A stretch of 43,181 nt of DNA from a virus (lineage: Duplodnaviria; Caudoviricetes): positions 1 through 43,181 of IMG/VR virus record IMGVR_UViG_3300010222_000170. One strand, 5' to 3'. Of this stretch, positions 8,264-16,758 are shown piece by piece. The position numbers and the translations under genes were made by a program. Under the pieces are notes generated by a model. That model did not search any database and had not been told where the DNA came from. It worked only from the letters and a program-made list of their open reading frames with translations. Numbering within the stretch: the stretch's first letter is position 1; each line of letters begins with the position of its first letter.

Positions 8264-8608
8264 ATGAGCGCAACCAACGACGATACGACCGAGCAGAACT
8301 GGACCGACGAAACCGCGAGCGAATCGGAGACGGCGATCAACCGCCATCTCAGCCATCAGGGTGCGACCGACTCCCTCGCCGGGGCGATCGCGGACGCGGC
8401 CGCCGACGCGGGGCTCAACCGGATGGAGATCGGCTACGAGGACCGCGGCTCGTCCAAGACGATTTACGTCCACTCGGGCGACAACGCCGTGCCCGACGTG
8501 CTCCACGAGCGGCTGACCGACATGGGCTTTGCGGTCATGGATCACTTCGATCACACCGAGGGCGTCAACGGCCCCCGCGGGTGCAAGTACGAGGACACCA
8601 AATACTAA
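8264..8608 (+). CDS. Hypothetical protein (first gene of cassette)
   Basis: Acidic ORF starting MSATNDD downstream of promoter. Confidence 0.7.
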   Translation: MSATNDDTTEQNWTDETASESETAINRHLSHQGATDSLAGAIADAAADAGLNRMEIGYEDRGSSKTIYVHSGDNAVPDVLHERLTDMGFAVMDHFDHTEGVNGPRGCKYEDTKY

Positions 8609-8615
8609 CGACGCC

Positions 8616-8689
8616 GGCCGACGCCGAAACGCAGCACCGAGCTGTGTCGGCGGGGGGCTGGCCGCCCCCGTCCTGATGACGGCAGGCCA
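8616..8689 (+). ncRNA. Type II hammerhead ribozyme
   Basis: GCC-GAAAC-GCAGC/GCTGT-GTC, stem I GGCGGGGG/CCCCCGTC, CTGATGA-C-GGC; predicted cleavage after C8648. Confidence 0.85.
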
Positions 8690-8697
8690 CTCAAACC

Positions 8698-9360
8698 ATG
8701 ACAACGACATCCCAAGCGGACGGCGGCGAAGTTGAGGTTGAGTACGATGGACAGGCCGTTACGGTCCCTACGACGATACGGCGCAGCGACCTCGCGGGCT
8801 ACTTCGGCAGTGTCGCCAACACCTGTCCCGTCGAATACATTTACGTCTACGACGGACGGCTCCGTGCCGAAGGACAAGCCGACGAGACGACTCGCGTTAT
8901 CGCAACGTATCGCCCCGACCGTGTGGACTCGGTCGGAGGCGGGTGGGACGGATGGGGAGCCGAACTCGTTGACGGTGCGGCCGAAGGCACGCCCCCGAAC
9001 ACGCTCTGGGAGCGTGGCAGCCAAGAGCCGATGACCGACGGCGGCGTGGACGTGGCCGATGCCGACACCGACGAACGGGACCGCAGCCTGATGGACACGC
9101 TTGCGCCCCTCGCCGGCGAGGGCCGCACCCCCGTCAGGGACCTGAGCCACCGCGATGACCCGCGGTTGCATATCGACACGCCCGCCGGCGAGATCCAGAC
9201 CTCGCGCCAGCCCGATAGCGTTGAGAAGATCGGCAGCGCGACCCAGCGGCGCTGGACTTGGGGCGAGTACCGACTCGAAGAGGAGCGCGACGGCCACCCC
9301 GATCTCGACGATGACGAGCGCCACGCGGTGGTCGTGACGCGCGTCGGGCAAGGGGACTGA
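8698..9360 (+). CDS. Hypothetical protein (possibly two fused modules)
   Basis: Acidic 220-aa ORF with internal MTDGG junction. Confidence 0.7.
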   Translation: MTTTSQADGGEVEVEYDGQAVTVPTTIRRSDLAGYFGSVANTCPVEYIYVYDGRLRAEGQADETTRVIATYRPDRVDSVGGGWDGWGAELVDGAAEGTPPNTLWERGSQEPMTDGGVDVADADTDERDRSLMDTLAPLAGEGRTPVRDLSHRDDPRLHIDTPAGEIQTSRQPDSVEKIGSATQRRWTWGEYRLEEERDGHPDLDDDERHAVVVTRVGQGD

Positions 9361-9363
9361 CCC

Positions 9364-9549
9364 GTGTCCGATACCACTACCGACGGCCGCAAAGCGACGA
9401 CGATCCGGGTGTACAAAGACGAGCTCGAAACGCTGAAGCGAGCGAAGCGCCGCATTGAGTACGAGGTCGACGGCGACCTCGCAATGGGCGAGGCGCTGAC
9501 AATGCTCGCCGAGACGTACCTTGAAATGGCCGGCGAATCGGCCGATTGA
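9364..9549 (+). CDS. RHH-like regulator
   Basis: ATTIRVYKDELETLKRAK...MGEALTMLAETYL. Confidence 0.7.
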   Translation: MSDTTTDGRKATTIRVYKDELETLKRAKRRIEYEVDGDLAMGEALTMLAETYLEMAGESAD

Positions 9550-9551
9550 CG

Positions 9552-9634
9552 TCCATTTTTCGCTAACGTTGCCACTGCTCGTTTTTACGCTGCAGTACCA
9601 TCTCCACGCCCAAAACTCAGGTTAGGCGTGGAGA
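9552..9634. terminator. Termination zone between convergent units
   Basis: T-tracts after the stop and 10-bp inverted repeat TCTCCACGCC/GGCGTGGAGA (9601-9634). Confidence 0.5.
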
Positions 9635-9652
9635 GATCGGCCCCAGAAACAG

Positions 9653-10828
9653 TTATCGACGCACGTCCGCGAACGCACCCTCGTCGATCCCCCGCAGCGC
9701 CTTGTGGGGGTCGTTGATCACGACGAGCGCCTGGTCCCAGCCCGTGTCGGTGAGCGACGCACACGAAACCTCGGTGTCGCTGTGGATGTTGACGGTCCCG
9801 CCACCGGCTCCCGTTGTCGCGAGCGGGCCGTCGACGTCCACCGTCACACCGGGGCCGAAGGTCACGGCCGTGCCCTTGACCAGATTCATCGCCGCCCCGT
9901 CGCCGGTGATCGTCGTGTCGCGGATCTGGTAGTCCCCGCCGTAGGCGTCGAGCGGCACGGCCCCCTCACCGCCCCACCGCTTTCCGGCGTCGAGCCGACA
10001 GCCCCTGATTCCGAGTTCGCCGCCGTAGAGTTGGATGGTGCCCTCAAGCGTGAGCGATTCGAGGCGGGCGTTCTGTGCGGTGCCGGCGTCGAACTGAAAA
10101 TTGGCTTGGTTGACCTGCACCGTGGTCCGGTCGCGACCAGCGCCGCGGAGTCGCCAGTCGGCGGTCTGATGCACGCCGACCTGCCCGGAGTTAAGCGCCG
10201 AGCCCGGTTCGTTGCCGTGAACGCCCTTCGAGACGGCGATCGCACAGTCGTGTTCGATGCTCCGGGGATCGCAGTTGAGCGCGTCCTGGATCGTCCCGAG
10301 CGGCTCGGTCTCGGTTCCTTTGCCGGTGCCGAACTCGCCGTGGCCGACCCGGAGCGTGCGGTCGCCCGACGAGCGCTCCGTGCGACCGAGGACGCCGTTG
10401 GCCGGGTCGGAGGCCTCGCCGGCGCGGGCTTTCCACGGCGCGCGCTTCGCGGAGCTCCCGCCTCGGTCGTCGGGAGCTCCGTTACCCGTCCCGGTCTCGT
10501 CACCGCCACCGCCGCCACCACCGCCACCATCGCCACCGCCGCCGAAGCGATCGGGCCGATACGCGAGCGCTTCCTCGTGGCTCATCGCTTCGCCGTCGAT
10601 CTCGACCTGCACGCCATCGGGGGCCTCAATTGAGGCGATCCACCCGCGGACCCGATATTCGTCCCAGCCGCCCCACACCTCGCCGCTCGCCTGCCAGCCG
10701 CCGCTGATCGAGTCGTTGCCTTCGAGCGATCCGTCCGCTTCGGCGAGCTCGCCGTTGATCTCGATGCTGTACGTCGCCTGTCGACCGTCGGGTGTGCCGA
10801 CCCCGACGATGAAATCTGACTGGTCCAT
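9653..10828 (-). CDS. Two-domain protein with poly-Gly linker and putative parallel beta-helix (pectin-lyase-like) domain
   Basis: GxGT..EPLGTIQDAL...IAVSKGVH...LRGAG...TTV pattern typical of beta-helix N-caps; start (10828 vs 10915) uncertain. Confidence 0.6.
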   Translation of the reverse strand: MDQSDFIVGVGTPDGRQATYSIEINGELAEADGSLEGNDSISGGWQASGEVWGGWDEYRVRGWIASIEAPDGVQVEIDGEAMSHEEALAYRPDRFGGGGDGGGGGGGGGDETGTGNGAPDDRGGSSAKRAPWKARAGEASDPANGVLGRTERSSGDRTLRVGHGEFGTGKGTETEPLGTIQDALNCDPRSIEHDCAIAVSKGVHGNEPGSALNSGQVGVHQTADWRLRGAGRDRTTVQVNQANFQFDAGTAQNARLESLTLEGTIQLYGGELGIRGCRLDAGKRWGGEGAVPLDAYGGDYQIRDTTITGDGAAMNLVKGTAVTFGPGVTVDVDGPLATTGAGGGTVNIHSDTEVSCASLTDTGWDQALVVINDPHKALRGIDEGAFADVRR

Positions 10829-10952
10829 GATTTGAAATTCGGACACGTCTCGCACACCACAGCGGCCGCTGGAGCGGTCGCTGTCGGTCGCGAGCGCCCG
10901 CACAGCGGCCACCACGCCCGCCGTTAGTCAATCGTCGCGCGCGTGCGTCTAC

Positions 10953-11120
10953 TCACGTCCACTGCAGGTCGAAGGCGATCCGAGCGTGGGCGGTGGCGAT
11001 CATGACCCAGAGGAACGCGACGTATTGATCGCCACGGGACAGAAAAACGATGGATGCCGTCACCGCGGTCGCCACCACCGCCTTATCGAAGATGGACAAC
11101 AAATCGTCGGTCTCGACCAT
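10953..11120 (-). CDS. Small two-TM membrane protein (holin-like candidate)
   Basis: Two hydrophobic segments in 55 aa. Confidence 0.55.
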   Translation of the reverse strand: MVETDDLLSIFDKAVVATAVTASIVFLSRGDQYVAFLWVMIATAHARIAFDLQWT

Positions 11121-11224
11121 GCGGGATCGCAACGACGCAGGCACTTCACCGTTTACGTCCGCCGGTCTTACAGGTGGTCAACGCCACCGTCTCGATGTCG
11201 GTGACGGATACTCCACCCTATTCG

Positions 11225-11608
11225 TCACTCGATCCGGAACGCATCGGCCCACTCCGACGGCGTTTTATCGACATCGGGAAAGCGCGCCGAGAGCACCGGC
11301 ACCACGTCGGTTGCGAGGTCGCCCAACGTCCGGGTGTCCCCATTCAGACCGATGGTGTCGAGTGCCTGATAGCCCGTGGTCCCGTCGCCATACAGCCGCG
11401 CGATATACCATTACGCCACGTCGGGATGGGCGTCTGTCAACGCAGGATAGAAATCGGCGACGGTAGCGGGGTCAATCGTCTGGCCCGACCACCCCGTGAT
11501 ACCATCAGCGTCGGTGTATTTTGCCGTCAGAACGTCGTCTTTCGAATCGTCCACAGAACGCGTCACTGCTGGCGTCAGAAACCATCTGTCGTGCGTTTGT
11601 GTGCTCAT
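11225..11608 (-). pseudogene. Tail-associated protein interrupted by in-frame TAA at 11411-11413
   Basis: Frame continues 61 codons after the stop (WYIARLYGDG...WADAFRIE). Confidence 0.65.
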
Positions 11609-11611
11609 CTG

Positions 11612-12214
11612 TCAGACTCCATTCACCGTCAGGTAATCGGATGTGAGAGGGTTCTTAATTTTGATTCCGATACGTCCACTACCATACGTCCCATCCGTCG
11701 TTGATAGCGTATCCTTGACATTCCCATTCAAATCCCTCAGTTCCATCGTCATCGAACCTCCGGATTTCCATTCCGACAGCACTACCCGAAACTCGGTTAG
11801 ATCGGCGGAAGACGTATACCTAAGGGAAGTTCTACTGCCCGAATCATAACGGAAAAAATATAGAGAGCCATAGCCATAACTAACCGCCGAATAGCCGGAA
11901 AATCCACCCCTCCCGTTGCTGTTCTGCCCTCCGAAAGCGATCCCGCCGGGGTTTGTATCGTCTCGATTGTGAATATATACCGAAAACGGAGTGTCAGCTG
12001 GCCCATAATTCGTTCCGTCTTTTGTGATGATGTTGTCACCATAACCGGACTTGGAGAAAACCGAATGGCTTCCCTCGTAGTAATAGAAATCTGCGACTTT
12101 CACGCCGCCGGTGTCGCCGGACCAGTCCGAGAGCGGGGACGAGCCCTCCCAGTCCTCAACGACGGTCGTCCCGCCGCCCGACTCGTTGATGATCCCCGCA
12201 CTGTTGATGCTCAC
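11612..12214 (-). CDS. Putative receptor-binding/tail fibre tip protein, low GC
   Basis: Beta-rich lectin-like sequence, GTGA overlap, visibly AT-richer than flanks. Confidence 0.55.
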   Translation of the reverse strand: MSINSAGIINESGGGTTVVEDWEGSSPLSDWSGDTGGVKVADFYYYEGSHSVFSKSGYGDNIITKDGTNYGPADTPFSVYIHNRDDTNPGGIAFGGQNSNGRGGFSGYSAVSYGYGSLYFFRYDSGSRTSLRYTSSADLTEFRVVLSEWKSGGSMTMELRDLNGNVKDTLSTTDGTYGSGRIGIKIKNPLTSDYLTVNGV

Positions 12215-12984
12215 GGACTGGCCCCCCACAGCACCCAGTCGATGTCCCCGGACGTTATTGCGGTGGTGTTCTGCTCGATGTGGATCTTCCAGGTCCCGCT
12301 CCCGCTCGCGTCCCGATGCGTCGAGACTGCATAATCCATCCCGTCGGGGACTTCGGCAGTCCCGAAAAAGTGGCCGTCGTTGGTCGTCGCGTGTCCCGTG
12401 TCGATCACGGCCTCCTCGGCCCCGCCGAGCGAGACGGGACCGCCACTGGCCGCAACCGAGAACGCTTGGGTGTCGGTCGCACTCACATCGACGGTCACGC
12501 CGCCGGAGCCATCGTCCGAGACCGCTACCGACGCGTCCCCGGACGCGGAGACCGTCATCTCGTCGGGCTCGGAGACGACCACGCCGCCGCTATCGGCGAC
12601 GTCGATCCGCGTATCGGTCGTCCCCGAGGGCAGATCGACCCACGACACGTTCGCGCCGTCCGTCTGGGGCACCTGGTCGGCCGTGCCGTCGGCACCGGAG
12701 AGGTCCGCAACGTCGCTTCCCCCCTCCACGGCGGCCCGGATGTCGGCATCGAGCACGGCGAGCGAGCCGCCATCGTCGGAGATGTTGGCCCCGAGCAACG
12801 ACGTGATCGTGCCGCCGTTGACGAGCGTCGAGGAAATCTCGCTCGCTTCGAGCGTCTGGCCGTCGTCGCTCGCGATCGCGCTCCGTTTCGCGAGCAGTTC
12901 AAGGCCGTCGTTCAACTCGCCGCCTTGCGTCCAGTTCTTCTCGCCGGTCGCCGGAACGTATATATCGTTGTATTGCTGTCCCAT
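12211..12984 (-). CDS. Putative tail fibre protein
   Basis: Starts MGQQYND; G/S/D/T-rich; follows the large tail protein. Confidence 0.6.
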   Translation of the reverse strand: MGQQYNDIYVPATGEKNWTQGGELNDGLELLAKRSAIASDDGQTLEASEISSTLVNGGTITSLLGANISDDGGSLAVLDADIRAAVEGGSDVADLSGADGTADQVPQTDGANVSWVDLPSGTTDTRIDVADSGGVVVSEPDEMTVSASGDASVAVSDDGSGGVTVDVSATDTQAFSVAASGGPVSLGGAEEAVIDTGHATTNDGHFFGTAEVPDGMDYAVSTHRDASGSGTWKIHIEQNTTAITSGDIDWVLWGASP

Positions 12985-12985
12985 T

Positions 12986-15841
12986 TCAGAAGCCTCCCGT
13001 GAATGCGCTAAGGATTCGCGCGCGATCGTCGAAGTCGACGGCCGCCGAGACGTCGCCGGCCGACGCCGAAAACGTCGCGGTCTCGGCCGTCGCGAACGCC
13101 TGTGGCGACCCCCACGCGAACTCGCCCCACGCGCCTTGCCCCCATCCCACCGCGTCGCCCTCCGAGAACTGCTTGACGCCGTAGGGATAGCCGGGTTCGA
13201 CGATGGTCTGGGGGACGATCGAGAGCTTGCCGCCGCGGTCGTCCTCGTCGAGCCGTTTCGCCAGTGCCGACCGCGCGACCACCCGACAGTCGTTCGTGGA
13301 TTCGAGGTCGTCGTTTTCGATGCGGAGTGGCTCGCGACCGAACTCGTCGATCTCGTCGTCGGCCGATTCGGTCCACCGGTACCGATCGCCGCCACCGTCC
13401 GGGATGCGATCGCCGACCACCGTGACCTCGTTCTTGTAGTTCTCGGCGGCCGCCGACTCCGAGGAGTCCATCACGACCGTCCCCGCCGGCAGTTGTCGGC
13501 GAAGCGCGGGGTCGCCGCGTTTGAATATCTCGACGCGGAAGGTGCCGCGTTCGTTGCCGTGTTCGACGACCCAGTTGAAATCGTAATCGCGGCAGAGCGT
13601 CTGCACGGCGTCGAAGGCGGTGGTCTCCGCGAAGCCGCGCTCCTCGATCACCGGGATTGCGTTGCCCGAGATCGTCGTTTGGATCGACTGGAGGGTCTGG
13701 CCCGCGTTGCCGGTCGTCGGCGTCTCCGTGCGGCCGTCCGCATATCGCGACAACTCGACGATCGGCCGGACCCCCGGAACCGTCCCCGAAAAGGATGCGG
13801 TGTGGCTGTCGGTTGTGCCGGCGATCGAGGACGCACTCCCCGTGCCGTCGGGGCCCCGCAGACCGAGGGTACTCGCCGCGCCCGCCGCGTCGACGGTCGC
13901 GGTCGCCGTCGCCGAATCGAGAACGATGCCGGCCGGGGCCGGCTCGAATGCCACTGCAGCGGCGTCGGGATAGAGCTGCGGCCCTTCGAGCGCGTCGTTC
14001 GCGTCCGTCGAATCGTCGAAGTCATACCCGTACCGGTCGTCGTAGAAGGCGACCGCATCCACGTCGAGCTGGAGCGCGCCCGACTGCGTGAGATCGAGCG
14101 TCAGGTCGAACACCTCGGTCCCGGGCTGGAAGTCGACGGTGGTGCGAACCCACGAAAACCCGGTGCCGGCCGCGCCGAAGTCACTCGCCGGCGCCGATAG
14201 CAGTTCCTCGTCGTCGACGCGCGCCCGAAACGTGGTCGTCCCGGTATCGCCCGTCGACTCGGGTTTCGCGCGGATCGCCACGCCGAAGGAGCCTTCCGGG
14301 ATCTCGTGTTCGAACGATGCCGCATAGGTGGCCTCGTCGCCGGCGGCCGCGAATCGCACGACCGAGCCGCCCGACGCCCCCGACGCCCCCGACGGCGACA
14401 CGCCCGACCCCAGCGTGCCGTTCTCGGCCTCGGTGAATCGGAGGGTTTTCGTCACCGCGATGCCGTCGTTCCGCGACCACTCGAAGGGGGCCGTGTCGGG
14501 CCAGCCGTCCGCCGCGGTGCTCTCGTCGGCGAACTGCCCCGACGAGCTATTGCGGGACCGCCCGGACAGGAACTGTGCGAACTCCTCGCGCGTCGTCGCC
14601 GATTGGACGATCTCGTCGGTGACGGGCCGATCCGGCGGGTCGTGGATCGTGACCTGCGGGCCGGGCACGTCCGCGTCGTCAACGAGCAACGTCTCCATTG
14701 CGTCGGTCGCGAGCACCGATCGGAAGTCCCGATCGACGGGACTGGCCTTCAGTTCGCTCGCCGGCCCCACCCCTTTGATCGTGATCGTGCCGTCGTCGGC
14801 CTCGTCACGGTCGATGAGCGTGGGACAGCGCAAGATTAACGCGCCGTCATAGCGCAGCTCCATCGAGCCACCGCGATACGCGTCGGGGTCGATGATCGGT
14901 GGGAGGTCGATCGTGCCGCCCCACGCGGCGGTGTGCTCGGGATTGATGTCGACGCCCATCAACCGCTCCGCGCCGAACGCTTCGGTCGTCCCCTCAAGCG
15001 TCGTCAGTCGTGCGAGCCAGCCCGATTGGCCGGAAAAGTCGGGCAACGAATCGAGCGTCGTTGCGGCCGCGGGCACCCGTCCGGCAGTGACGGTTTCGTC
15101 GATGATCGTCGCGGAACGAGTCCCCGCCGAGACCCCGATCGGCACCGACGCGTTTTCCGTATAGGTATAGCGAAACTGAAAGTCGGCTTTCGCCGAGCCG
15201 CCGATCGTGTGCGAAAACTCGTTCGCGCCGGTCGCAAAGCCGTCGATCAAGGACCACGAGGTGGTTTCGCCGTCGTCGAGCGTCGGGAAGTCGACGGTGC
15301 CCTCGCCGAGCGTCGTTTCTGGGTCCGAACGCTCGGTTGAGGAGACGTCGTACTGCAGCACTATTTCTGCGCTGGCGTTGTGCCCCGTCGATCCACTCCG
15401 ACCCTCGCGCGCGTACGGCGAGACGGTCACTTCGACGTATTGATTGTAATCATACAGCTCGATACCTTCGACAATGAGGCCGCTCGACCGCTGCTTGAAC
15501 TCGCCGCTCGAATTCGCCGCCGAATACTCGATCGTCGCGGTCCCCTCGAAGTCGTCGCGGAGATCCAAGCGCGCGTATTTGTCCTCCGACGCGTCGGGCG
15601 GATACGATGGCGTCCCCACACTCATATCGGCGGTTTCCGACGGCTTGTCGGGGTAGTATTCGAGCGGGCCGTCGAACCGGCTCTTGTTGTATCGTTTTCT
15701 GTCCTCCGTCGATTCGACGGTGATGCCGCGAAAGCGGACCTCGGCGCCGGTGATGTTATGGCTGTCCGGCACCTGATAGTTCGTGCTCGAACCGCTTTCG
15801 ACTTCCGTCCAATTGGAGGTGTAGGTACTCGGCACGATCAA
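12986..15841 (-). CDS. Large tail tip/hub protein
   Basis: 951 aa, beta-rich, downstream of TMP; hub-like C-terminal region. Confidence 0.65.
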   Translation of the reverse strand: MIVPSTYTSNWTEVESGSSTNYQVPDSHNITGAEVRFRGITVESTEDRKRYNKSRFDGPLEYYPDKPSETADMSVGTPSYPPDASEDKYARLDLRDDFEGTATIEYSAANSSGEFKQRSSGLIVEGIELYDYNQYVEVTVSPYAREGRSGSTGHNASAEIVLQYDVSSTERSDPETTLGEGTVDFPTLDDGETTSWSLIDGFATGANEFSHTIGGSAKADFQFRYTYTENASVPIGVSAGTRSATIIDETVTAGRVPAAATTLDSLPDFSGQSGWLARLTTLEGTTEAFGAERLMGVDINPEHTAAWGGTIDLPPIIDPDAYRGGSMELRYDGALILRCPTLIDRDEADDGTITIKGVGPASELKASPVDRDFRSVLATDAMETLLVDDADVPGPQVTIHDPPDRPVTDEIVQSATTREEFAQFLSGRSRNSSSGQFADESTAADGWPDTAPFEWSRNDGIAVTKTLRFTEAENGTLGSGVSPSGASGASGGSVVRFAAAGDEATYAASFEHEIPEGSFGVAIRAKPESTGDTGTTTFRARVDDEELLSAPASDFGAAGTGFSWVRTTVDFQPGTEVFDLTLDLTQSGALQLDVDAVAFYDDRYGYDFDDSTDANDALEGPQLYPDAAAVAFEPAPAGIVLDSATATATVDAAGAASTLGLRGPDGTGSASSIAGTTDSHTASFSGTVPGVRPIVELSRYADGRTETPTTGNAGQTLQSIQTTISGNAIPVIEERGFAETTAFDAVQTLCRDYDFNWVVEHGNERGTFRVEIFKRGDPALRRQLPAGTVVMDSSESAAAENYKNEVTVVGDRIPDGGGDRYRWTESADDEIDEFGREPLRIENDDLESTNDCRVVARSALAKRLDEDDRGGKLSIVPQTIVEPGYPYGVKQFSEGDAVGWGQGAWGEFAWGSPQAFATAETATFSASAGDVSAAVDFDDRARILSAFTGGF

Positions 15842-16275
15842 TCACTGTCGTAGAGGCCGTACTCGGCGATCCCGTACGTTCCCGAGCGCGCCGATAGATC
15901 CGCCGTCTCGCCGAGGTCGAAGGTCCCGAGCAGGTGATCGGTCGCCGATCCGTCGCCGTCGGCCGCGAACTGCACGACGATGAACCCCGAGCGCACCGTC
16001 TGCGAGGAATCCGATACGTCGAAATCCGCATCGGGAAAGGCGACTTGCCACCGGCCGCCCTGAAACGCCGCCGTGATCGCCGACGCGTTCACGGTCTGGC
16101 GCGAATACGTACTGCCGGTGGGTTCGGTGGTGATCTGCGGGAGGTCGCCGTCGCTTTGGATGTCGTCGGCCGCGTCGTCGTACAGTCCGATGTCGAAGGT
16201 CGTTACGGGCGTTTGATCTTGGTAGGCGACGCCGAAGGTGTACTCCCAGCCGTAATCGGTTTTGCCGTATGTCAT
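15838..16275 (-). CDS. Minor tail protein
   Basis: IGLYDD...EPTGSTYSRQTV pattern seen in small phage tail proteins; position. Confidence 0.6.
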   Translation of the reverse strand: MTYGKTDYGWEYTFGVAYQDQTPVTTFDIGLYDDAADDIQSDGDLPQITTEPTGSTYSRQTVNASAITAAFQGGRWQVAFPDADFDVSDSSQTVRSGFIVVQFAADGDGSATDHLLGTFDLGETADLSARSGTYGIAEYGLYDSD

Positions 16276-16308
16276 GATTGGTGTGTTGTGTCGGTCTGTT
16301 GGCGTTCT

Positions 16309-16758
16309 TCAGCTCGGTCCCGTCGCCTCGAACTCGTCCTTGACGGCCGCGCGGTCGGCGTATTCGGCGAGCGGCGCGAGCGCCAGTACGTCGAGATCGA
16401 CGGCCAGCACGGCCCCGGACGGGTCGGCGGCGTCCTCGCCGCCGACGATGAGCCCCCACACGCGGGGGACCGGCGGCGGTCCCGACCCCGTGGCGTCGAT
16501 GGCGACGAGTGGGTCGTGGCCCTCGGGGGACTGGTCGGTATACATCGGCGCGCCCTCCAAGACCGGATGGATGTCGAGGTGCTCGTCGGTCGCGTACTGG
16601 AGGCGTTCGAGCACGTCGGCGTGGCGCGCTTCGGCGTCGCGGGCGTTCGGTCGGCGCGGAGCTCCCCTATTCGTTCGTCTTCAAGCGCCGACCTGAAGCG
16701 TCGGGATCTCGTCGTGACCCGTGGCTCGTACGCCGTCGATCGACCACTGGTAGGGCAT
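16309..16758 (-). pseudogene. Distal tail (Dit-position) gene disrupted by a 27-bp inversion
   Basis: ATG 16758 overlaps the TMP stop; in-frame TGA at 16681-16683 disappears when 16658-16684 is flipped. Confidence 0.75.
16649..16693. repeat. 9-bp perfect inverted repeat flanking a 27-bp segment
   Basis: GGTCGGCGC (16649-16657) / GCGCCGACC (16685-16693). Confidence 0.9.

Noticed and set aside
10829-10952. CACAGCGGCC direct repeat and GC palindromes as an att site
   Set aside because: Short, GC-rich, no integrase or tRNA-end match nearby; chance cannot be excluded
12380-14200. Long plus-strand ORFs opposite structural genes (606 aa here, 445 aa at 16795, 424 aa at 32662 and others)
   Set aside because: Shadow ORFs expected in high-GC DNA; Arg/Ser/Val-rich and unlike the acidic real proteins
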